Below are positions 1-7,297 of a stretch of 38,929 bases of DNA, piece after piece. The DNA is taken from NCBI GenBank assembly GCA_052390515.1, contig JBQTGV010000150.1, positions 1-38,929 of the forward strand. The letters are read 5' to 3'. The notes below the pieces were generated by a model. The model searched no databases and had not been told where the DNA came from. It worked only from the letters and a program-made list of their open reading frames with translations. Source of the DNA: Candidatus Eiseniibacteriota bacterium. GTDB taxonomy: Bacteria; ARS69. Position numbers and translations under genes: made by a program. Numbering within the stretch: the first letter of the stretch is position 1; each line of letters opens with the position of its first letter.

Positions 1-593
1 AGCAGGAGCGCGACGAGCAGCGCTCCCGAATCCGTGCCCTGTCCGCCGAAGCGCGCCCAGGCACGCTCCCGGCACTCGTGTGCGGCGCGCCGGCACGCGG
101 CGATCGCCCCGCCGGCCGGCCGGATGCGCGCCACCGGCCCGAGCACCCGGGCCCGCCCGTCGACTCCACGCCGTTCCGCCCAGCGGTCGGCGCGGAAGGC
201 GGAGGGCTCGGCCAGCGAGCGGACCGGGTCCGCGCGCACCATGGCCTCGAACGCGAAGCCCGGTGCCGGCAGGCTCGCCGCGTCGGAGACGAGAAGCCGG
301 CGCCGGCCGGAGCGGATCACGACGCCCGCGCCCTCGGGGTGCAGGACTTCGTGCCATCCCTCGACGCGCAGCTCGCGATCCACGCGGAACCGCTGGTACC
401 GCTCCCGGGAGCGCGTGGCGCCGTGCAATCCGAGCGCCCACGGGACGACCGGCCAGGCGATGGCGCTCCCGGCGGCCACGCCCACGGCGGCGACGACGAC
501 GCCCGGAGCCTCCCGAGGCGCAACGGGCAGCACCGTCTCCGCGCACAGGATGCCGGCGGCCGCAGCCGCGGCGAAGTGGAGCCCGAAGCGCAT
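1..593 (-). CDS. comEC: ComEC/Rec2 family competence protein, N-terminal part (runs off the left edge)
   Basis: Not in the ORF track; translated by hand from ATG at 593: hydrophobic N-terminus MRFGLHFAAAAAAGILC, then LAEPSAFRADRWAERRGV (resembles the ComEC NPGxFDY..L...GI segment) and GALLVALL at the edge (resembles ALLLG). The start is uncertain. Confidence 0.6.
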   Translation of the reverse strand, partial: MRFGLHFAAAAAAGILCAETVLPVAPREAPGVVVAAVGVAAGSAIAWPVVPWALGLHGATRSRERYQRFRVDRELRVEGWHEVLHPEGAGVVIRSGRRRLLVSDAASLPAPGFAFEAMVRADPVRSLAEPSAFRADRWAERRGVDGRARVLGPVARIRPAGGAIAACRRAAHECRERAWARFGGQGTDSGALLVALL

Positions 594-684
594 GCGCGAA
601 TCGCCTGCAAGGCGCGCGCCGGCGGCGGGGCCGTCGTCCGAAGCAATCGGTTGAGCCCGCCGGCGACGAAGCGAGCGAGGAACT

Positions 685-1929
685 CTAGCGGACCAGCACG
701 ATCCGCATGCTCTCCGTAGACGTTCCCTGCGTCACGCGCACGAAGTAGATTCCGGGCGGCGCGTCTCCCCCGCGGTCGTCCCGGCCGTCCCAGACCCGGG
801 TGTGCTCTCCGGGCGGCAGATCCCCGGAGTGCAGCGTGCGGATTCGCTGGCCCAGCACGTTGTAGATGCCGAGATCGACGACCCCGCCCGTTTCCACGGT
901 GAACGGAATCGTCGTGGTCGGGGCGAACGGATTGGGGACGCTCGGCCCGAGGAGCGACCGACCCGGGGCGGCGAGGTCGGCCCACTCGTCGGCGGTCACC
1001 TGCAGGCGCAACGGTTCCGGGCCGCCGTATGCGCCGATCTCGCCGCCGACGGCGAAGCGCCGTGCGGGCGATGCCGCGGTGAGTCGGAAGTCACCGGCCG
1101 CCGGATCGGCGAACAACGGATCGCCCTCGCGAAGCCCGCCGTTTCGCCGCGCATCCTCCCGGATGGAATCCACGATCTCGCTCGATTCGCCTTCCACCAG
1201 GACCGCCCCGTCGAAGCACCCGGCGAAGAGGTTCGCCTCCAGAATGGGCACGCCGAGACCCGCCCCGGTGACGACGTGAAGGCCGACCGCGGGGCCTCGC
1301 GGATCGCCGGGACGGGAGACGATGGTCTGCCGGATCACGGGGCTCGAGTCCCCGTGGATCTCGAAGGAAGCACCGCCGTTCCCGTGCAGGGTCAAGCGCT
1401 CGAAGACCGGGTTCCCGGCGAGAACCAGCACCGTCGGCCCCTCCGGGCCGCAGCGCTCGACCAGACAGTTCGTCACCCGCGGTGATCCGCTGCGGATGCA
1501 CAGTGCGTCCCCGCCGGAGTCGGAGCGGTGCCCGGTGAAGTGCAGGCCGGAGAGCTCCGGTGACGCGTCCTCGATGCGCACCGCGCCGCCTCGCGCCGCG
1601 ATTCCCCCGGCCAGGGTCAGCCCCCAGATGCGCGACGCGTCGCCCGCCTCGAAGACGAAGAGCGATCCGCGACCTTCGGCGTGGAGCACGGAGCGACCGG
1701 CGCCGGCTCCGCGGATCTCGAGGTTGCGCCCCGCGAAGGAAATGGGAAAGGACTCGCCCGTGGTGGACGGCGAGTAGCGCCCCGGGCCTATCTCGATGCG
1801 CGTTCCCGGCGACGCCGCGGCCACGGCAGCAGAGAGGGAAGCGAAGTCGCCGGGCACCCGAAGGACCTCGGCCGAGCCGGTCGAGCTGCCGAACGTGGCC
1901 AGCAGGAGCCACACCGCCGATCGTGCCAC
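685..1929 (-). CDS. Secreted right-handed beta-helix (DUF1565/pectin-lyase-like) protein with C-terminal FlgD Ig-like (T9SS-CTD-like) domain
   Basis: Signal peptide; VPGDFASLSAAV..GPGRYSPSTTGESFPI; beta-helix repeats; DPLFADPAAGDFRL; C-terminal PNPF...IYNVLGQRIRTL..WDGRD..PGIYFVR; GGAGG RBS before GTG. Confidence 0.85.
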   Translation of the reverse strand: MARSAVWLLLATFGSSTGSAEVLRVPGDFASLSAAVAAASPGTRIEIGPGRYSPSTTGESFPISFAGRNLEIRGAGAGRSVLHAEGRGSLFVFEAGDASRIWGLTLAGGIAARGGAVRIEDASPELSGLHFTGHRSDSGGDALCIRSGSPRVTNCLVERCGPEGPTVLVLAGNPVFERLTLHGNGGASFEIHGDSSPVIRQTIVSRPGDPRGPAVGLHVVTGAGLGVPILEANLFAGCFDGAVLVEGESSEIVDSIREDARRNGGLREGDPLFADPAAGDFRLTAASPARRFAVGGEIGAYGGPEPLRLQVTADEWADLAAPGRSLLGPSVPNPFAPTTTIPFTVETGGVVDLGIYNVLGQRIRTLHSGDLPPGEHTRVWDGRDDRGGDAPPGIYFVRVTQGTSTESMRIVLVR

Positions 1930-1957
1930 GCGGAGAACCTCCCCGGAGAGCTCGACC

Positions 1958-1985
1958 AGGGTACCACCTTTCTCCCGGTTGGCAA
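1958..1985 (-). promoter_or_regulatory. Putative sigma70-type promoter for the beta-helix/FlgD gene
   Basis: Minus strand TTGCCA-16 nt-TACCCT with an extended -10 TG (TGgTACCCT). Confidence 0.5.
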
Positions 1986-2022
1986 GGGTCTCGTAAGCGG
2001 TTGCCGTGCAGGGCGTTACGCG

Positions 2023-3543
2023 CTAGGCTTCCGGTGAGGAATCGCTGGAGGTGACTTTCCGAACCCGCAGGCCGCGAAGCACTTGGTGGCGCCTCTCGAA
2101 GGCGGCGAGCACGGGAATGGCCACGGAAAGGAAGACCCCACCCTCGAACGCGGCCCGGACGGTCTCTCCCGCGGCGGCCAGCGGGGAGCGCGGCACCGAC
2201 CAGCGAAGCACGGCCACCAGCGTGGCGAAGAGCGCGACGGGCGCGTAGGTGCGCAGCGTCCAGACCAGCGACGCGCGCGCGCTACCCCACGCGAAGACCC
2301 CGGCGTGCATCAGGATCGCCGTGCAGTAGAAGAAGCTGCCCACCCCCATGGCCAGGGCGACGCCCTCGAGGCCCCACCCTGCCGCGATCATCCATCGGCC
2401 GGCGAAGTAATCGAACGCGATGGCCGCGAGCCCCATCGGAACGAGTCCGTTCTGGCGGTCGATGGCCATGAGGTAGAAGCTCGGCAGCACCGCGAGACAC
2501 TGGAAGGCCATGGAGAGCGTGAGCAGCCGGTAGATGTCGATGCTCGCGACGAACTCGGGGAGCAGCCAGAGCACCGGAAGGTGCAGCAGCAGGTACGCGG
2601 CTCCCAGCGCGACGGGAACGAGCAGCGCGAGGAGCTCGGTCGGCCGGGTCAGGAGATCTCGCGCCGCGCGGGCGTCGCCGGTCTCCCCGTAGGAGCGCAG
2701 GAACAGCGGGTACACGACGAAGCCCACCGAGTCGGCGACGTAGCGAACGAGGCTCGCGATGGTCACGGCGAGCCCGTAGATACCGAGCATGGAGCGATCG
2801 AGCACGCTGTCCACCAGGACTCGGTCGATGTTGCGAATGCCGACTCGCGTGAGCAAGAACAGGAAGATGGGCAGGCCGGTCCACAGCAGATCGCGTAGCT
2901 CGGCGGGCACGAGCGCCGGGCGGAACCCGTGGCCACCGCGCCGGATCATCCACCAGGTCGTCGCGGCGCGGGACACGAACCACCCGATCAGCAGGCCCCC
3001 GACTCCCCAGCGCAGCAGCAGAGCGACGGACACGACCAGGTTGCAGACGGCGAACGCGGTCTCGGCGGCCGAGATGATCCCGATGCGGCTGTACGCGCGG
3101 AGGATCGTCATGGTGACGAAGGAGGCCTGCTCGGCGACGACGACCAGGCCGAGAAGCGGCAGTCCCCAGCGGTCGGCAGGATCCAGGTGATCCCAGCGGA
3201 GCAGAACCCAGCCGCAGAGCGCGAGCCACAGGACGACCGCGCCGAGCATCACCGCGCCCGTCCCGGTGCGGCGGGCGGCTTCCGCCGCGGCGTCGTCGCC
3301 CCGGCCGACGCGATGTCCCAGGACCTTGTTGAGCCCCTGCAGCGCGCCCAGCTGCGAGTACTGCGCATACTCGCCGATGATCACGAAGTGCTGCCAGAGC
3401 CCGTTTCCCGCGGGACCCAGCACGCGCGCGACGACGAAGCCCTTGACGAGGCCGGCGACCCGCAGGAAGTACTGGCTTCCGGCGAAGGAGGCGACGTCCC
3501 GGAACACGCTCCGGGGGCCGGTCCGCCCGCCTCCGTCGGTCAC
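2023..3543 (-). CDS. wzx: Oligosaccharide flippase (Wzx/MOP family)
   Basis: 506 aa, about 12-14 hydrophobic segments, VARVLGPAGNGLW and IDRVLV..LGIYGLA motifs. Confidence 0.8.
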   Translation of the reverse strand: MTDGGGRTGPRSVFRDVASFAGSQYFLRVAGLVKGFVVARVLGPAGNGLWQHFVIIGEYAQYSQLGALQGLNKVLGHRVGRGDDAAAEAARRTGTGAVMLGAVVLWLALCGWVLLRWDHLDPADRWGLPLLGLVVVAEQASFVTMTILRAYSRIGIISAAETAFAVCNLVVSVALLLRWGVGGLLIGWFVSRAATTWWMIRRGGHGFRPALVPAELRDLLWTGLPIFLFLLTRVGIRNIDRVLVDSVLDRSMLGIYGLAVTIASLVRYVADSVGFVVYPLFLRSYGETGDARAARDLLTRPTELLALLVPVALGAAYLLLHLPVLWLLPEFVASIDIYRLLTLSMAFQCLAVLPSFYLMAIDRQNGLVPMGLAAIAFDYFAGRWMIAAGWGLEGVALAMGVGSFFYCTAILMHAGVFAWGSARASLVWTLRTYAPVALFATLVAVLRWSVPRSPLAAAGETVRAAFEGGVFLSVAIPVLAAFERRHQVLRGLRVRKVTSSDSSPEA

Positions 3544-3574
3544 CGGAACGTCCCGGCCTTCGCCGCCGGGCGGA

Positions 3575-5020
3575 TCACTCCAGCCGGATCTGCTGGAGCG
3601 TCACGCCGAGGGCTTCAGCGAAGGTGCTCCACGCGCAGTCCATTCGCGTCGTGTCCCCGACCGCGATCACCGACATCTGCTCGGGTCGGACCAGAGCGTT
3701 GGCCGCCGCGCCGATGTCCTCGCGGGTCACCGTTCCGATCCGCTCCAGCACCCGCTCGTCGTGATCGGACGGGAGCCCGTAGTACACGAGGTCCATCAGG
3801 TCCGCGACGATCTCCTCGCCGGAGTCGTACTGGAACGCCTGCGAGTTCAGGATGCCGTCCCGCGCGATACGCAGTTCGTCGTCGGTCACCGGCTTCTCGC
3901 GGATGCGCTCGACCTGGTCGAGGATGAGACGCGCGGCCTTGCAGGTCGTCTCCGTCTTGGACAGAGCCACGGTGACCATCGTCCCGTGATCCAGGCCGCC
4001 GAAGGACAGGAACCCGCCGGCGAAGTATGCGAGGCCCTCGTCGTTGCGTACGGCGTCGGTGATATAGCTGGTGAAGCCGCCGGATCCGAGGATGTCCATC
4101 ATCACCTGGCCGTCGGCCCGGTGAGGGTCGGTCTCCCGCGGCCCGAGGTGCCCGAGGAAGAGCGTCGACTGCGGTATCGCCTTGTGCACGATGGCCACGC
4201 GCGGGACGATCGCCGGCGGCGCCGGCATCTCCGGGAACGCGACCGGCGCGCCGGACCAGTCGCCGAGAACCGCGCCGAGCTTCTTCTCGATCTCCTGGCG
4301 GCTCACATCGCCGGCCACCCCGATCATCACGTTTCCCGGCCGGAAGAAGCGCGCATGAAAGTCGACGAGGTCCGCGCGGGTCAGCGCGTCCACGGTCTCT
4401 TCCGTCGGCGTGCGCGCGCGAGGGTGATGCTCGCCCCAGACGAGCTTGCCGAACTCGCGGCCGGCCACCTGGATCGGGTTGTCGTTCTGCCGGCGGATCT
4501 CCTCCTTGATGAGGTCCTTGTGCACCCCGATCTTCGCCTCTTCGAATGCCGGATGTCGCAGCGCGTCGGCGAAGATCGCCAGAGCCTTGTCGAGGTTGTC
4601 CGCCAGCACGTCGAGCGTCACGTTCCCCTGCTCCGCCGAGATCACGCTGGTCAGCTGCGCCGCCAGGAAGTCCAGCTCGTCGTCGAGCCGATCCGCGGGC
4701 CACGTCGCCGTGCCTCCGGTGCGCATCATGCGCCCGGTGAGATCAGCGACTCCCTGCCGGTCGTCCGGCTCCCAGATCGATCCGGTGCGCACCACGGCGC
4801 GCACCGTGACGAGGGGCAGCCGCTCCCGCCGCACGTAGTACACCGGGATCCCGTTCTTCAGGCGGAGCTCCTCCGGCTTCGGCTTGTTCAGCACGAGCGG
4901 CGGGGCTGCGGCCGCCGCTTCTTCGGCGCTCGTCGCGCGGGCGTGGGCCTGGCCCCCGCCGACCACGAGCGACGCGAGCACGAGGGACGCGAAGAGCGAG
5001 GACTGGCGATGCGTTCTCAT
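3575..5020 (-). CDS. M16 (pitrilysin) family protein, non-catalytic subunit, exported
   Basis: Start MRTHRQSS at 5020 after a G-rich RBS; signal peptide; HxxEH replaced by DLTGR; C-terminal VRNDEGLAY R/Y motif. Confidence 0.88.
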   Translation of the reverse strand: MRTHRQSSLFASLVLASLVVGGGQAHARATSAEEAAAAAPPLVLNKPKPEELRLKNGIPVYYVRRERLPLVTVRAVVRTGSIWEPDDRQGVADLTGRMMRTGGTATWPADRLDDELDFLAAQLTSVISAEQGNVTLDVLADNLDKALAIFADALRHPAFEEAKIGVHKDLIKEEIRRQNDNPIQVAGREFGKLVWGEHHPRARTPTEETVDALTRADLVDFHARFFRPGNVMIGVAGDVSRQEIEKKLGAVLGDWSGAPVAFPEMPAPPAIVPRVAIVHKAIPQSTLFLGHLGPRETDPHRADGQVMMDILGSGGFTSYITDAVRNDEGLAYFAGGFLSFGGLDHGTMVTVALSKTETTCKAARLILDQVERIREKPVTDDELRIARDGILNSQAFQYDSGEEIVADLMDLVYYGLPSDHDERVLERIGTVTREDIGAAANALVRPEQMSVIAVGDTTRMDCAWSTFAEALGVTLQQIRLE

Positions 5021-5031
5021 CGAATTCCCCC

Positions 5032-7203
5032 TCAGCCCTGCGGCCGGACGAAGTCGTCGTCCGACACGCCGCCGTTGATGATCATTTCGGTCACGGTGGA
5101 CTCGGCGAACGGCGACCCGTCCACCGAGGTCACGATGCGGTGAGGCCGCAGGACTCCCGACACGCGCCGGAAGTCGGAGAACTCCTCCACGAACTCGGCC
5201 GCCTTGCCGGTCATGGGGTGCTGGCCACGGTACTCGACGCGGGCGGGCAGTCCCGTCTTCGGATCGAAATAGGTGGTGAACGGGTGGCCGGTCGGGCCGC
5301 GCACCTCCACCGCTTCCAGGCCGTCGGCCATCCCGAGACCCTGGAGCACGAACGCGCTCTTCATGGCCGGATACGCCAGGAGGAACACTTCCCTCTCGAG
5401 ACTCGCGCGTCCCTCCGCCAGCTCCTCTCCCTCGACCGGTGCGGGCTCGCCGCCGTGTGCGGCCCACGACTCCGAGGGCGTCGTGCACTCGACCGCGGTC
5501 TGGCCGAACAGGGTGATCTCGCTGCGGACCCGATCCGGAACAGCGAACACGGTGCGGGTCGTCGCCTGGATCGTCTGGCCCTGCACGTGCAGGGACACCT
5601 CCGACGCGACCCGCGCCGACGAGATCCCCGCGACCTTCTCGGGTCCGCCGAGCGCCTTCACCATGCGGTCCACGACGGTGCGGCCGTGCTCCTCCTTCGC
5701 CGGATCCGGCGCGAACGCGGGCTCGACCAGCGTGGCGACGACGGTGCGGTTGCGCTGGAACGTGGCGCGGGCGGCGGCGAGCACGTCCTCCCGCGTCACC
5801 GCGTCGAGGGCGCGCTCCGCCTCACCGATCACCCGCCAGTCGCCGTGAGCGGACTGGGCGTATGCCAGATCCACGGCCAGCCCGAGGTTGGACTCGAGCT
5901 CGCGGATCTCGTTCGCGCGGATGCGGTTCTTGGCCTTGGCCAGCTCGCGCTCGGTGATCCCGTCGCGCTGCAGGAGCTGGAGCTCCTCCCAGACGGCAGC
6001 CTCGAGCGCGGCTGCGTCGTGCGGGGCGCGGGGCAGCGCCTCGAGGAAGAACAGGTTGTTCCAGCGCTCGCCCGGGTACTCGTGGTCGCACGAGATGGAC
6101 GCGGCGATCTGTTTCTCTTCGACGAGCCGCTTCTCCAGCCGCGAGGAACGGCCTCCGGTCAGGACTTGCGAGACGACGCGCAGTGCCGCGTCCTCGGCAT
6201 GCGGCTTGTTCTTCTTCGGCCAGCCCATGACCAGCCGCGGCTCGGCGTCGTACTCCACCTCGATGCGCCGTTCGCCCTTCCGCTCGATGTCGAACGTCTC
6301 CATCGGCTCGGGCGGTTCCTGGGCTGGGATGTCGCCGAAGTACTCTTCCACCCGGCGGCGTATGTCCTCGGCGTCCACGTCGCCGACGACGGCGAGTGTC
6401 ATGCGGTTCGGCGCGTAGTAGACGCGGAACCACTCGTCCGCCTCGGTGCGCGTCACGCTCTCGATGTCCGACGGCCAGCCGATGATCGGATATCCGTACC
6501 AGTGGGCGTCGAACGCGACGGACAGGAAGTTCTCCTGCAGCTTGCCCGACGGGTCGGCGTCGGTGCGGAGCCTCCGCTCCTCCATGACGTTCTGCACCTC
6601 GGTGTAGAACTGCCGGAGCACGGGGCGGCGAAGCCGCTCGGACTCGAGGTACAGCCAGAGCTCCAACCGGTTCGACGGTAACGAAAGAATGTAGGCCGTG
6701 GCGTCGTAGGAAGTGAAGGCGTTCGTGTTCTGCGCGCCCGCGGCGGTGTACAGCGCGTCGAACTCGTTGTCCACCGAGTACTCCTTGGCCTTCGCCTCCT
6801 CCGCGGCGCGCTCGGCGCGGAGCGCCTCGATGCGTTTCGCGTCGGCGCGCCTTCCCTTGGCCTGCTCCGCCTTCAGCTCCCGGGTCAGCTGCTCGATGCG
6901 CTCGTGGTGCACGCGCTCCGCTTCCCAGTCCGTCGTCCCCACCTCGGTGGTGCCCTTGAAGAGCATGTGCTCAAGGATGTGGGAGACACCCCCGACCCCG
7001 GGACGCTCTTCCGCCGCACCCACGGCGAAGGACGTAGCCAGTCCGATCGTGGGCGACTCGTCGTTCTCGACGACGAGCAGCGTGAGGCCGTTCTGCAGGT
7101 GGAACTCCCGGACCGCCTCGTCCAGGTCGATCGAACTCGGGCCGGCGAGAGCGGTGCCGGCGAGGGCGGCGCCGGCGGCGAGCGCTCCGAGACACGTGCG
7201 CAT
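5032..7203 (-). CDS. M16 zinc peptidase, catalytic subunit, with an extra C-terminal LolA-like domain
   Basis: Start MRTCLGALAA at 7203 after AAGGAG; HILEH (HxxEH), NAFTSYDAT, distal EERR, LTGGRSSRL; about 220 aa extension ALGGPEKV...YFDPKTGLP...FSDFRRVSGVLRPH. Confidence 0.9.
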   Translation of the reverse strand: MRTCLGALAAGAALAGTALAGPSSIDLDEAVREFHLQNGLTLLVVENDESPTIGLATSFAVGAAEERPGVGGVSHILEHMLFKGTTEVGTTDWEAERVHHERIEQLTRELKAEQAKGRRADAKRIEALRAERAAEEAKAKEYSVDNEFDALYTAAGAQNTNAFTSYDATAYILSLPSNRLELWLYLESERLRRPVLRQFYTEVQNVMEERRLRTDADPSGKLQENFLSVAFDAHWYGYPIIGWPSDIESVTRTEADEWFRVYYAPNRMTLAVVGDVDAEDIRRRVEEYFGDIPAQEPPEPMETFDIERKGERRIEVEYDAEPRLVMGWPKKNKPHAEDAALRVVSQVLTGGRSSRLEKRLVEEKQIAASISCDHEYPGERWNNLFFLEALPRAPHDAAALEAAVWEELQLLQRDGITERELAKAKNRIRANEIRELESNLGLAVDLAYAQSAHGDWRVIGEAERALDAVTREDVLAAARATFQRNRTVVATLVEPAFAPDPAKEEHGRTVVDRMVKALGGPEKVAGISSARVASEVSLHVQGQTIQATTRTVFAVPDRVRSEITLFGQTAVECTTPSESWAAHGGEPAPVEGEELAEGRASLEREVFLLAYPAMKSAFVLQGLGMADGLEAVEVRGPTGHPFTTYFDPKTGLPARVEYRGQHPMTGKAAEFVEEFSDFRRVSGVLRPHRIVTSVDGSPFAESTVTEMIINGGVSDDDFVRPQG

Positions 7204-7264
7204 GAGGGAATGCTCCTTCGACGGGGCGGCGGACCGGGATCCGGTGCGCGGCGCGAGCCGCGAG

Positions 7265-7293
7265 ATGATAGGAAGATCGGCGCGGCGGAGCAA
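7265..7293 (-). promoter_or_regulatory. Putative sigma70-type promoter for the M16-M16-flippase unit
   Basis: Minus strand TTGCTC-17 nt-TATCAT, about 60 nt upstream of the ATG at 7203. Confidence 0.6.
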
Positions 7294-7297
7294 GATC

